Notes: generated from the sequence alone by a model not told the origin. A stretch of DNA of 64,000 nt from Candidatus Moraniibacteriota bacterium (GCA_013334765.1 JAAXWW010000001.1:172589-236588), one strand, 5' to 3'; positions 49,767 to 60,090 are shown, counted from the stretch's first letter. Numbers and translations are program-made.

Positions 49767-49933
49767 GTGACTTTCTCCTTTCATTTTGCCCTTGTCTTTC
49801 GACTTTGAGCGAATTTTTCCCGAACCCCGGGAATAGGACTTGTCTCTCGAATGAGACGAGCACCTTAGAAGCCAAAAATGACGCCCAAAATGCCCATCTC
49901 ATTGCTTTTATGGATTTAAGGTACTGATGCGCA

Positions 49934-49962
49934 AACTTATCATATTCAAAGCCATTTGTCAA
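49934..49962 (-). promoter_or_regulatory. sigma70 promoter for 48915-49766
   Basis: TTGACA, 17 bp, TAAGTT with TGn on the minus strand. Confidence 0.6.
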
Positions 49963-50039
49963 TATTCCGTGGTCTTGCCAAAACCCCGGAACGATGCTAA
50001 GGTAAGTTTGTTATCTAAACCCAATTTTTATTCAAAACT

Positions 50040-50240
50040 ATGCCTGTAGCGAGACAAAGACACACCAAGGCCAGACGTGACAGAGCGAGAGCTGAGCTGA
50101 AACTTGTTCCCAAGACATTGGTAGCTTGTTCTAATTGCGGAGAAAAGATCGCTCCTCATGTGACCTGTCCTAAGTGCGGATTCTATGGCGGAAAAGAAGT
50201 GGTGAATACCATGAAACGCCTTGAAAAAAAGAAAAAATAA
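50040..50240 (+). CDS. rpmF: 50S ribosomal protein L32
   Basis: MPV.R.RHTK, CSNC...CPKCGFY. Confidence 0.95.
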   Translation: MPVARQRHTKARRDRARAELKLVPKTLVACSNCGEKIAPHVTCPKCGFYGGKEVVNTMKRLEKKKK

Positions 50241-50243
50241 AGT

Positions 50244-50726
50244 ATGGCCAATAGGCACTTATCGCGTTCAATAGCGATGCAGTCTCTCTATGAATGGGAT
50301 TTCCGCGGCAAGAACAACGCTGATATCGAGGAAATCGTCAAGAGAAGCATCAAGGAATTCGGACCGGGGCTCGGTGATGAGTCTTTTGTGCGCGCGCTGG
50401 TTGAAAATACCATCTCCAATCTCGACAAGATCGATCCATTGATTGAGAAATGCGCCCCGGAATGGCCGCTTGAGCAGGTGACGGTGGTCGACAGGAATAT
50501 CCTGCGGCTGGGGATATATGAGCTTCTGTTTGAAAACTATGAGGAAGTTCCTCCGAAAGTGGCTATCAATGAGGCGATCGAGCTTGCCAAATCTTTCGGT
50601 GGGGAATCGTCGGGAAGGTTCGTGAACGGAGTCCTTGGAACGATCTATCGCGAGCTTGGCGAACCGCTCAAGAACGACGATCCGAAGAAAAGGAAGGAAG
50701 AAAGGGAAAAAAAGAAGGAAGTATAA
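50244..50726 (+). CDS. nusB: transcription antitermination factor NusB
   Basis: [24 protein letters not shown]. Confidence 0.97.
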   Translation: MANRHLSRSIAMQSLYEWDFRGKNNADIEEIVKRSIKEFGPGLGDESFVRALVENTISNLDKIDPLIEKCAPEWPLEQVTVVDRNILRLGIYELLFENYEEVPPKVAINEAIELAKSFGGESSGRFVNGVLGTIYRELGEPLKNDDPKKRKEEREKKKEV

Positions 50727-50816
50727 TTTTTTTTAAAAAGCGAATCATATAGTTAGGATATTAGAAATAATTCCGGATAACCCGAATTGTTTTTTGTATC
50801 TTGCCTATCTAAACCG

Positions 50817-51509
50817 ATGATAGAAGAACTTGCGAAAAAACTGGGAATCGAATTCAATGATATCGATCTGCTTCAGCAGGCGCTGACGCACAGGTCATAT
50901 CTCAACGAACACAGGAGCTATAAGCTGGACCATAACGAGAGATTGGAATTTCTCGGGGATGCGGTTTTGGAACTGGTCGTGACGGAACATCTCTACAAGA
51001 ATTTTCCTGATCATGCGGAAGGCGAGATGACCAATTGGCGGGCGGCCCTCGTGAACGGCGAAATGCTTGCCAAGATCTCAAAGCGCCTGGGCGCGGAGGA
51101 ATATCTCCTCATGAGCCGCGGAGAGGCCAAGGACACCGGACGGGCCAGACAGTATCTCCTGGCGAATGCTTTCGAGTCCATCGTGGGTGCCATATATCTT
51201 GATCAAGGCGAGAACGGATATGCTGTTGCCAAGGATTTCATCAAGAAAAACGTTATCGTCGAACTTGCGGAAATAATCAAGAATAAGTCGTATCTTGATC
51301 CGAAGAGCCGTTTTCAGGAAGAATCGCAGGAGCGGGTCGGAATCACTCCGTCATATCGTGTCCTTGAGGAAAGCGGACCGGATCATGACAAGAAGTTCGT
51401 GGTCGGGGTCTATCTCGGCGAAGAGCTGTCTGCCAAAGGAGAAGGGCTATCCAAGCAGGAAGCTCAAAGAAGCGCGGCTGAGAACGCCTTGAAAGCGAAA
51501 GGGTGGTAG
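50817..51509 (+). CDS. rnc: ribonuclease III
   Basis: ALTHRS, NERLEFLGDAVL, C-terminal dsRBD. Confidence 0.98.
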   Translation: MIEELAKKLGIEFNDIDLLQQALTHRSYLNEHRSYKLDHNERLEFLGDAVLELVVTEHLYKNFPDHAEGEMTNWRAALVNGEMLAKISKRLGAEEYLLMSRGEAKDTGRARQYLLANAFESIVGAIYLDQGENGYAVAKDFIKKNVIVELAEIIKNKSYLDPKSRFQEESQERVGITPSYRVLEESGPDHDKKFVVGVYLGEELSAKGEGLSKQEAQRSAAENALKAKGW

Positions 51510-51681
51510 AATTGATTAGTTGTCATATGCAAAAGTGCAAGTCCTTGTCCTAATATGCTTATCTCCAGTCCCGTGAAAACGGGACTGTTTTCTTTTGGAA
51601 TAATGTAGTAGAATGGATATGTGGAATGATCATTATTGAATATAAAAAGGCTCAACGGGCGTTTTTTCTTTTGCTTGCGCT

Positions 51682-54006
51682 ATGTTTCTAAAAAGACTGG
51701 AAATCAGCGGGTTCAAATCTTTTGCCAACAAGACGGTGTTGGATTTTTCGCTTTTGTCCGAGGAGGGGAAGAACCATGGAGTGACGGCTATCGTCGGACC
51801 GAACGGCAGCGGGAAATCGAATATCGCCGATTCCATGCGCTGGGTGATGGGGGAGCAGTCCATGAAGAACCTTCGCGGCAAGAAATCGGAGGATATCATT
51901 TTTGCCGGTTCGGGAAAAAAATCCCGGCTTGGTTCGGCCAGCGTGACGCTGTATTTCGACAATTCGCAAAAGAAGATACCTCTTGATTTCGATGAGATAA
52001 CGGTTACGAGGAAAATATACCGCTCAGGAGAGAGCGAATACTTGGTCAATGGTTCGCGCGTCAGGCTTCAGGATATCGTCGACATATTGGCGAAAGCCGG
52101 CGTAGGGAAGGAAAGCAATGCTATCGTGAATCAGGGAATGGCTGATGCGGTCCTTAATGCGACTCCGCTCGAGCGGAGGCTCATTATCGAAGAGGCGGCG
52201 GGAGTCAAGCAATATCAGATCAAGAAAGAAAGATCCCTCAAAAAACTTGCCAGCACCCGGGAAAATCTGGTTCGTGTGGCGAGCCTTGTCGAAGAACTTG
52301 GTCCGCATCTTCGCCTTCTCAAGCGTCAGGCGGAAAAAGCGGCCGAGGGCGAAACGGTCGCCAAGAACCTGAAGGAGAAGCAGCTTCGCCTTCTGGGGTA
52401 TCTTTGGCATAATTTTTCCTCGGAAAAGGAACGTCTTGCTGGCGAGAAGAATGATCTCGGCGTCAAGATGATGAATATCCAGCGCGAAGTGGATAAACTC
52501 GTCGATGAGATGAACAGCGAGAACAAGGAAGAGAAGGATAATCAGAAACTCATCGGTCTCGAAAAGGAGCAGCGGGAGCTGCGCGGAAAACTGGGAAATC
52601 TGGAACGGGAACTCATAGTGAGCGAAGGCAAGATCGAGATCGAAAAGGAGAAGGAGAAGAGCCGGGTGATGATCGAGGAAATAAAGATCAAAAGTATCGC
52701 GGTTGATTTCGACTATGTCAAAAAGGGATTGGATGATATCCGGCAGGACCAGGAGAATCTCATCAGGAAGATAAACGAGGCTGAGAAACTGGAAGACCTT
52801 CAGGATATCAAGGAATTCGCCAGGGTCATCCAGCAGAAACTCCATGATCTCAAGGCTGATATGGAGAAAGGCAAGAAGGAAGAAGCTATGCCTGAAAATG
52901 TTGCGGTTGTCCCGGAAGCTCCGAAGGCGAACATGGAGATTATCGACGGCCTCATGAAGCGCATGTCTGTTATCCGCGAGGAAATGAAAAGAACAGAGGA
53001 CAGGATGCGCCAGATAGAGATTGAGATAAGGTCCGAAATCGATATGGACAGGAAGAAACGGCAGCATTTCTTTGAAACTGAAAGAACGCTGCGCGTCCGT
53101 CAGGATGAGCTTGGACGGATAAAAGACAAGCATAACGATTCGAAGGTTTCCCTGGCCAAGATCGAGGTGCGCGAAGAGGATCTCAGGAAGCAGGTTGTGG
53201 AAGAGCTGAAAATGGAAGTCGATGCCCTTCCTCGCGTGGAAGAAAAAATAGACCAGTTCTCGCTTGAGCGCGAAATCGCCAAGCTCAAGTTTCAGATGGA
53301 GCAGATCGGAGGAATCGATCCGCTGGTCATCGAGGAATATACGGAGACAGCCAAACGCTATCAGTTCTTGGAAAACGAATCGAAGGATCTTGATAATGCC
53401 ATCATTTCGCTGCGCGAGATCGTTCGGGAAATGGATCAGAAGATCGCCAAGGAGTTCCATAGCGCCTTCGATGAGATCAACAGGGAATTCACCAAGTATT
53501 TCAGGATAATCTTCGGCGGCGGAAACGCTCACCTCACGAAATTGAAAGTCAGGAGCGGAAGGCTGAAACTCAAAAAGGAAAACGATGAATCCGATGATGA
53601 TCTTTCGCTTGAAGAGGATGAGGCAGAAGAGAATTTCGAAATCGGAATCGATATCTCAGCTTGCCCTCCGGGAAAGAAGATAAACAACCTCTCGATGCTT
53701 TCAGGAGGAGAAAGATCTCTCACATCCCTTGCTCTTCTTTTTGCCATCGTTTCGCATAATCCGCCTCCGTTCTCTGTTCTTGATGAAGTGGAAGCGGCTC
53801 TCGATGAGGCCAATTCAAAGCGTTTCGGACGCATCATCAAGGAACTTTCAGGGCATACCCAGTTTGTCATCATAACTCACAATCGCGAAACCATGAGGCA
53901 GGCCTCTCTTCTTTACGGGGTGACTATGGGTGAAGACGGGATCTCCAAGCTCTTGTCCGTCAGGCTGGATCAGATCGGGCAAGGAGGGAAAATAATCAAG
54001 AGCTAG
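51682..54006 (+). CDS. smc: SMC-family ATPase (short, 774 aa)
   Basis: GFKSF, GPNGSGKSN, LSGGE, LDEVEAALD, ITH; follows rnc. Confidence 0.92.
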   Translation: MFLKRLEISGFKSFANKTVLDFSLLSEEGKNHGVTAIVGPNGSGKSNIADSMRWVMGEQSMKNLRGKKSEDIIFAGSGKKSRLGSASVTLYFDNSQKKIPLDFDEITVTRKIYRSGESEYLVNGSRVRLQDIVDILAKAGVGKESNAIVNQGMADAVLNATPLERRLIIEEAAGVKQYQIKKERSLKKLASTRENLVRVASLVEELGPHLRLLKRQAEKAAEGETVAKNLKEKQLRLLGYLWHNFSSEKERLAGEKNDLGVKMMNIQREVDKLVDEMNSENKEEKDNQKLIGLEKEQRELRGKLGNLERELIVSEGKIEIEKEKEKSRVMIEEIKIKSIAVDFDYVKKGLDDIRQDQENLIRKINEAEKLEDLQDIKEFARVIQQKLHDLKADMEKGKKEEAMPENVAVVPEAPKANMEIIDGLMKRMSVIREEMKRTEDRMRQIEIEIRSEIDMDRKKRQHFFETERTLRVRQDELGRIKDKHNDSKVSLAKIEVREEDLRKQVVEELKMEVDALPRVEEKIDQFSLEREIAKLKFQMEQIGGIDPLVIEEYTETAKRYQFLENESKDLDNAIISLREIVREMDQKIAKEFHSAFDEINREFTKYFRIIFGGGNAHLTKLKVRSGRLKLKKENDESDDDLSLEEDEAEENFEIGIDISACPPGKKINNLSMLSGGERSLTSLALLFAIVSHNPPPFSVLDEVEAALDEANSKRFGRIIKELSGHTQFVIITHNRETMRQASLLYGVTMGEDGISKLLSVRLDQIGQGGKIIKS

Positions 54007-54031
54007 CGATATAGGATTAAAAATTCAAGCC

Positions 54032-55735
54032 GTGAAAAAGATTCTAAAAGGCGTATTCAAAAAAGAATACATATTCAATAAGGACAATATATTCAGGGCG
54101 CTGATCCTTCTTATCCTGGCGTCGGGAATCTTCATTCGTTTCTGGCGGTTGGATTCCGTTCCGCCAGGAATCCAATATGACGAAGCGTTCAACGGGATAA
54201 ACGCGATTCAGGCGCTTGAGACCGGGCATTTCAAGATGTTCTATCCGGAGAATTTCGGCCGCGAGGGGCTGCATATAAACGTGACAGCCATCTTCATCAA
54301 GATTTTCGGCGTGAGCAGCTTCTCTCTCCGCCTGGCAAGCGCTCTTTGGGGGTCGCTTACGCTTGTCGGTTTTTTTCTGCTGCTTCGCGAAATGAAGCTT
54401 TCGAAAGTGTCGATCCTTCTAGGCACATTCATGATGTCGTTTTCATTCTGGCATCTTGATTTTTCACGGACTGCGTTCCGGGCCATCATGGTTCCGCTCA
54501 TTATCGTGTGGATGTTCTATTTCATATTCAGAGGAATGAACGAAAAAAGGCGGCAGGTTCTTAATTTTCTCGTTGCGGGCGTGCTTTTCGGAGCGGGATT
54601 CTATACCTATATAGCTTTCCGGGTCGTTCCTTTGGTTCTGGTTATTTTCGGACTGGCGTATTTTTTCTTTGAAAAAAGGCAAACCAAAGAAAAAGAATGG
54701 CGGCCGGCAGTTTATTTCTCCGTGGCGGCGCTTTTGGTCGCGATTCCGATCGCTTATTATTTCATTTCGCATAGCGCCGATTTCTGGGACAGGGCGGATG
54801 CTGTTTCGATTTTCAGTTCGCAGAAGATATCGCCCTTCGCGGCATTCTTTAAGAGTCTGGGGTATCACCTGAGAGCTTTCTTCGTCAACGGAGACAATAA
54901 TCCCCGGCATAACTACAACAACCAGCCGCTTGTTCCGGCGGGCTGGATCGCTTTCATGGTGATCGGGTTCGTGATAAGCATCAAAGAGATTTTCGAAACG
55001 ATCAGGCGGAAAAGGATATTCGGCCAAGACGGCGAGGAGTATGCGGTCACCAGTCTTTTCTATGTCTCCGTTCTTGCGCAAAGCATCTTCTGGGTGATGC
55101 TCATCCCCGGAGTGCTGACAATAGAGGGGATCCCTCACTCGCTCAGGATAATCGGAGTCATTCCGAGCGTATTCCTTTTCTCTGTTCTGCCGATGGAATA
55201 TATTCTCAAGATATATAGGAAGATAAAGAAATCGACTGATCCGATACTCGGCAAGCAGGCCCTCAATATGATAGCGACTTTCATTTTCGGACTGATGCTT
55301 GTGGTTGTCGGCAGCGGAATAATGCAGGCATACGTATATTTCGGCATTTGGGCCAACGATCTCCGGACTCAGGACGGGTTCGAAAGGAAACTCTATCTGG
55401 CCGGCGTGCTTGTCCATGATCTTGTCCCAGGCAAGCATAACTATTTCATAACCGCCTATAACACATATATCGCCCAGGACAGGAAGTCCACCAGCTTCAA
55501 AACTACGGAATATGCGGGTTATCCGAACATAAAAAAATACGAATTCTATCATCCGCTGGATGCGCTTTCCAATGTGAATTGCGATGACGCAACGATTGTG
55601 TTTTTTGATTCGGATCAGTGGATCAGGGATCAATATCGGGCGAAATGCAACGGGACGCTCGAGACGAAGAAGTTCAGTTTCGGCAGCAACAGCAAATACA
55701 CCTTCTTCGTCATGCAGAGCAAAACGGGAGAATAG
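54032..55735 (+). CDS. ArnT/PMT-like GT-C membrane glycosyltransferase
   Basis: RFWRLDSVPPGIQYDEA, multi-pass membrane. Confidence 0.82.
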   Translation: MKKILKGVFKKEYIFNKDNIFRALILLILASGIFIRFWRLDSVPPGIQYDEAFNGINAIQALETGHFKMFYPENFGREGLHINVTAIFIKIFGVSSFSLRLASALWGSLTLVGFFLLLREMKLSKVSILLGTFMMSFSFWHLDFSRTAFRAIMVPLIIVWMFYFIFRGMNEKRRQVLNFLVAGVLFGAGFYTYIAFRVVPLVLVIFGLAYFFFEKRQTKEKEWRPAVYFSVAALLVAIPIAYYFISHSADFWDRADAVSIFSSQKISPFAAFFKSLGYHLRAFFVNGDNNPRHNYNNQPLVPAGWIAFMVIGFVISIKEIFETIRRKRIFGQDGEEYAVTSLFYVSVLAQSIFWVMLIPGVLTIEGIPHSLRIIGVIPSVFLFSVLPMEYILKIYRKIKKSTDPILGKQALNMIATFIFGLMLVVVGSGIMQAYVYFGIWANDLRTQDGFERKLYLAGVLVHDLVPGKHNYFITAYNTYIAQDRKSTSFKTTEYAGYPNIKKYEFYHPLDALSNVNCDDATIVFFDSDQWIRDQYRAKCNGTLETKKFSFGSNSKYTFFVMQSKTGE

Positions 55736-55841
55736 GCGCCTGTTGACAACTTTTTGCGGCTAGTGTAGACTTGGTTAGTAACTGATTTTAGGGGAAAGAG
55801 GCGGGATCCTCGCTTCATTTTTTTGCAAGTATCGGAAAAAT

Positions 55842-56201
55842 ATGCTGACCATAAGATTTTCAAGGGTAGGAAAAAAGAATAAGGCTCAATTCAAGATAAC
55901 TCTTCAGGAACGATCGGTTGCTCCGGGAGGGCGTCACGTCGAAATCCTGGGTTCCTATGATCCGCACCTCAAGGCTGCAGTGCTCAAGGAAGACAGGATC
56001 AAATACTGGCTGGAAAAAGGCGCGCACGCTTCCGATTCTGTATATAACCTGCTTGTCTCGAAGAAAGTCATTGAAGGAAGCAAAAGAAAAGTGAAGATGC
56101 CGAAAAAGGCAGAGGAAGTGAAAGTTGAAGAGCCTGCAACGGTTCCTGAGGTCAAGGAGGAAGCTAAGGAAGAAGTGAAAGCTGAAGCTGAGACAAAATA
56201 G
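55842..56201 (+). CDS. rpsP: 30S ribosomal protein S16
   Basis: MLTIRFSRVGKK, EILGSYDP, YWLEKGA. Confidence 0.97.
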   Translation: MLTIRFSRVGKKNKAQFKITLQERSVAPGGRHVEILGSYDPHLKAAVLKEDRIKYWLEKGAHASDSVYNLLVSKKVIEGSKRKVKMPKKAEEVKVEEPATVPEVKEEAKEEVKAEAETK

Positions 56202-56222
56202 ATTACAATTCCATATATATTG

Positions 56223-56310
56223 ATTCCGCAGACAATAGGCATCCATAAGACCTATCTAGGAATAAGAACGAGATTTTGTTTTTATTTGACTGCGGGAACG
56301 CAGTTTTTTT
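56223..56310 (+). promoter_or_regulatory. L10 leader-like autoregulatory RNA with terminator
   Basis: CCGCAGACAATAGG...CCTATCTAGG resembles the L10 leader; ACTGCG-GGAA-CGCAGT plus T-run; upstream of rplJ. Confidence 0.7.
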
Positions 56311-56463
56311 GTTTCTCTCTACGAACTACGAATTTTTACGAATATACGAATATTTTCTCGGGAGGTTAATCTTTCGGCATAGGTCGCTTATTTGACAAAG
56401 ATCGGTATATTCGTAGTTTGTAGAGACTGTTACGTCAGACATTTATCATTAAACTTAATCAAC

Positions 56464-56985
56464 ATGCAAACAAGAGCGCAAAAAGAGGCCATAGTGAAGG
56501 ATCTTACCGCGAAATTGAAGAACTCCAAGGCTGTCGTTTTTTCGGATTTCAAAGGTATGACAACCAAAGACATGACGATTCTTCGTCGCGAAATGCGAGC
56601 AGAGGGGCTTGATTTCGGAGTTTTCAAAAAGACCCTTATCGATATCGCTATCAAAGACGCAGGGCTTAGCATGATTGTAAATGATTTGGATGGTCAGATC
56701 GCTGTCGCTGTTTCTGGCGGCGATGAGGTAGCTGCTGCCAAGATTATCAGCAAATTCGGGAAAGCCAATGAAAATCTGAAGATCGTGGCTGGAATTTTGG
56801 GAGAAAAAGTCATTTCAAGGGATGAGGTGATTGCTCTTGCCAAGCTTCCTTCCAAGGAAGAGATGCTTGCTCAGTTTGTAAGAACGATCAATGCTCCGGT
56901 TTCGGGATTCGTCAATGCTTTGGCTGGAAACATCAGGAACCTGGTGCAGGTGCTGAAAGCCGTTTCAGATTCGAAGCAGGGCTAA
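56464..56985 (+). CDS. rplJ: 50S ribosomal protein L10
   Basis: KKTL, LAKLPSKEEMLAQ; start ATG 56464. Confidence 0.95.
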   Translation: MQTRAQKEAIVKDLTAKLKNSKAVVFSDFKGMTTKDMTILRREMRAEGLDFGVFKKTLIDIAIKDAGLSMIVNDLDGQIAVAVSGGDEVAAAKIISKFGKANENLKIVAGILGEKVISRDEVIALAKLPSKEEMLAQFVRTINAPVSGFVNALAGNIRNLVQVLKAVSDSKQG

Positions 56986-57000
56986 GCTGTATAGTTAGCA

Positions 57001-57107
57001 GTTCCAGAAAAATAATCTTTGTTTTTTGCTAGGAGACCTCTGACATTTCTTATTTTTGGATTAAGGAAGAATCCTTAACCAAAAAACAAAGATTATTTTT
57101 CTGGAAC
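57001..57107. repeat. perfect 28-bp inverted repeat with 51-nt spacer
   Basis: GTTCCAGAAAAATAATCTTTGTTTTTTG (57001-57028) and its reverse complement (57080-57107). Confidence 0.85.
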
Positions 57108-57239
57108 ATCGTATTCGTTTGCTAATAAGTAAATTCATAATAAGAAGTTAGTTAGTCAAGTAGTCAATTAGTTAATTAAGGAAGCACTTCCCATTATAAC
57201 TATTCAACTATTCAACTAATTAACTAATCAATTAAAACT

Positions 57240-57647
57240 ATGGAAGAAGAGAAGAAAGAGGTCACGGTTCCTGAGAAATTCCAGAAGCTGGTTTCTGAAA
57301 TCGAAACTATGAGCGTTTTGGAACTTTCCGAATTAGTAAAGGTTTTGGAAGACAAGTTCGGTGTTTCCGCTGCTGCTCCGATGATGATGGGAGCTGCTCC
57401 TGCCGCTGCCGGAGAAGCCGCCGCTGCTGAAGAGAAGAGCGAATTCGATGTCGAAGTCGCTTCTGCTGGCGCTTCCAAGATCAACGTGATCAAGGCGGTG
57501 AGAGAGATCACCGGACTGGGGCTCAAGGATGCCAAGGATTTGGTTGACGCCGCTCCGAAGGTCATCAAGGAAAAAGTTGCTAAGGCTGAAGCTGAAGGAA
57601 TGAAAAAGAAGCTTGAAGAAGCCGGTGCGACTGTCAATTTGAAATAG
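57240..57647 (+). CDS. rplL: 50S ribosomal protein L7/L12
   Basis: [31 protein letters not shown]. Confidence 0.99.
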   Translation: MEEEKKEVTVPEKFQKLVSEIETMSVLELSELVKVLEDKFGVSAAAPMMMGAAPAAAGEAAAAEEKSEFDVEVASAGASKINVIKAVREITGLGLKDAKDLVDAAPKVIKEKVAKAEAEGMKKKLEEAGATVNLK

Positions 57648-57799
57648 CTTTCAAATCTCGATACGTAAAAATCCCATTCTGTTTGGCAGAGCGGGATTTT
57701 TTTATGTCTCTTCCTCCTGTGCATAACTCCCCCCTTGCCCTTGCCAATATATATATACATATATATAATTACTGCATAAAATGAAAAACAAAAATAAGG

Positions 57800-58102
57800 A
57801 TGTACTACGAACCGAAAAAGCATACATTCAAGAAGTTTTTTATCCTGATGATTATCGCGGTCACGCTGGCTGTGTTTTTGGTCATCGCCATCCCGCTGTT
57901 CAATAGGTACAAGGATAAAGAAGTTCCTTTTCTGGACAATAATATTTCTCCGGAAAAGAAAGCAGAGATAGAAAAAAATAACGAAGATGCTAGCAGGATG
58001 ACTCAGGTTTTGAAAAATTCAAATTCGAGTGATTCTTCTGCGCAACAGGCTGATGCGCTTACTGCTCAATTGCGAAAGGCCTATGATAATAAAAACCAGT
58101 AG
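57800..58102 (+). CDS. hypothetical single-TM protein
   Basis: N-terminal TM and polar tail. Confidence 0.6.
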   Translation: MYYEPKKHTFKKFFILMIIAVTLAVFLVIAIPLFNRYKDKEVPFLDNNISPEKKAEIEKNNEDASRMTQVLKNSNSSDSSAQQADALTAQLRKAYDNKNQ

Positions 58103-58131
58103 TTTAAAATAATCAATAAAAATATAAAAAA

Positions 58132-58854
58132 ATGAAATCAAGATTCAAAAGAATATTCGAAAACTCCGCCTATTGGATGGGAGTAATCGTGATGGGGCTT
58201 ATCGTCGGAGTGAGCATCCAATTCGCGAGAGCTTGGGTGGGACCGACTGCCGATGCTCCTAACGGTAATGTAGGAGCGCCGATCAATACCGGTATGATTA
58301 TGCAGTGGAAGGACGGTCTTCTGGGCGCGCTTAGGTTTCAAACTGGAGAGAGTGTTGATAATGGCGACGGGACAGTTGAATCGAGGCTTCGTGTGATTCC
58401 TTCTGTCGCAGGCAAGGATATCGTCGGCAAAGCCCTAGTTGCCATAAACAACGATGGTGATGTGGCTTTTGCGAACTCTGGAACTAGTACCAGTGCGGCT
58501 TATACCTACATAAAATTTCCTCATCAAGGATGGATTATCAATTCTTCGGTTCAGCCCAAATGTCCAGATAGTTTCACTACGATAGCCGAATATAGCACTC
58601 CTCTATGGGGATCTTATAACGCTAGAGCCACGGTCTGTTCTTCAGTGAAAGACCCGGCAGTTTATCCGAAACTGTGTTTCTACTGGAACGGAGGGTGGCC
58701 TTCCAATTGCGCTCCGGTTTGCGACAACGGGTATGACCAGGTCGATGAATACAATTCTTACCTTGCGCAACTTGTAGGATCACAAGGATATGACGGGGAT
58801 TCGAGTCATATGTATTTAGCGGGCATGCATGTAAGGATGTGCCAGAAACGATAA
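58132..58854 (+). CDS. secreted/surface protein with Cys-rich C-terminus
   Basis: Signal/TM then AWVGPTADAPNGNVGAPIN; six Cys in the C-terminal half. Confidence 0.65.
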   Translation: MKSRFKRIFENSAYWMGVIVMGLIVGVSIQFARAWVGPTADAPNGNVGAPINTGMIMQWKDGLLGALRFQTGESVDNGDGTVESRLRVIPSVAGKDIVGKALVAINNDGDVAFANSGTSTSAAYTYIKFPHQGWIINSSVQPKCPDSFTTIAEYSTPLWGSYNARATVCSSVKDPAVYPKLCFYWNGGWPSNCAPVCDNGYDQVDEYNSYLAQLVGSQGYDGDSSHMYLAGMHVRMCQKR

Positions 58855-58880
58855 ATTTCAGGAATGGCTGAATTTAAGTG

Positions 58881-58923
58881 CCCAACAAAAAAACACGGCG
58901 CAGCGCCGTGTTTTTTTGTTGGG
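58881..58923. terminator. long perfect hairpin terminator
   Basis: CCCAACAAAAAAACACGGCG-CAG-CGCCGTGTTTTTTTGTTGGG. Confidence 0.8.
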
Positions 58924-59173
58924 TTGAAAAAAGACGCGTTTGTTGCTGGATTTACCCAGGGAGGTTTTATCTGCATGTCGATATGAATAATCCAGGTTTG
59001 TTAGCAACCCCGATTGGCAACTTGGGAGGCATCACTTTAATGCTGGAATCCCATGGGGTGATAGCCGGATAGCCGATGCGGATCCATTGAAACGGTTCCG
59101 ATCATGAGAATACAAAGCCCCGCGCTTCATTCGAAGCAGAGAGGCTTTTCGTTCTGTGCTAATATATGGATAT

Positions 59174-59716
59174 ATGGAAGAACTCATAAACATAGCCGAC
59201 GAAAAAGGAAACAGGATCGGTGAAATCGAGAAAATGGAAGCGCACATGAGAGGCGTGCTTCATGAGGCTTTTTCTATTTTCATTTTCAACGATGCTAAAC
59301 AGCTCCTTCTCCAAAGGAGGGCACAGCATAAATATCATTCCGGAGGGCTTTGGACCAATACCTGCTGCAGCCATGCCCGGGTCGGCGAGGAGTTGGAATC
59401 AGCCGCGCACAGAAGGCTTGAAGAGGAGATGGGTTTCGATACGGGGCTTGAAGAAGTTGGAACTTTCATATACAAAACCGATGAGGTAGGAAATAGTCTG
59501 ATTGAGCATGAATTCGACCATATATTCTTCGGGTATGCCGATAGCAATATTCTGATAGCTCCCGATCCGGATGAGGTTTCAGATTGGAAATGGATGGATG
59601 TCGATGATATCAGAAAAGATATCGCAGAAAATCCCGGAAATCATACGGCCTGGTTCAAGATGATTGTTCACAGCGAATATATGAAATTAAATAGGAAATT
59701 GCCAATAAAATCATAA
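59174..59716 (+). CDS. idi: isopentenyl-diphosphate delta-isomerase (type 1)
   Basis: LHEAFSIF, WTNTCCSH, EHEFDH, PDEV. Confidence 0.93.
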   Translation: MEELINIADEKGNRIGEIEKMEAHMRGVLHEAFSIFIFNDAKQLLLQRRAQHKYHSGGLWTNTCCSHARVGEELESAAHRRLEEEMGFDTGLEEVGTFIYKTDEVGNSLIEHEFDHIFFGYADSNILIAPDPDEVSDWKWMDVDDIRKDIAENPGNHTAWFKMIVHSEYMKLNRKLPIKS

Positions 59717-59766
59717 GATAGTGTATAATGGAGATAAGGGTAATCAATTTCAATTAAAAAAAAGAT

Positions 59767-60090
59767 ATGGGCAAAGAACTAGAACTCACGGATCAGAATT
59801 TCGACGCAGAAGTCATGAGCGGCGACGTGCCGGTGCTGGTTGATTTTTGGGCTCCTTGGTGCGGACCGTGCCAAATGATGGGACCGGTCATTGCCGAATT
59901 GGCTGACGAGGTTGCTGATAAAGCGAAAGTGGCAAAACTGAATGTCGATGCCAATGGAATGACTGCCTCGAAATATGGCATAATGTCCATTCCGTCTCTC
60001 AAGATCTTCAAGGGCGGAAAAGTGGTCAAGGAATTCACCGGCGTGCAAGCTAAAGAAGCTCTTAAGAAGGGATTGGAGGAATTTATGTAA
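59767..60090 (+). CDS. trxA: thioredoxin
   Basis: FWAPWCGPC. Confidence 0.97.
   Translation: MGKELELTDQNFDAEVMSGDVPVLVDFWAPWCGPCQMMGPVIAELADEVADKAKVAKLNVDANGMTASKYGIMSIPSLKIFKGGKVVKEFTGVQAKEALKKGLEEFM

Noticed and set aside
52024-53532. Long antisense ORFs (also 9586-10863, 54464-55633, 62180-63133 and others)
   Set aside because: They lie opposite well-supported genes, lack motifs and are explained by codon bias.
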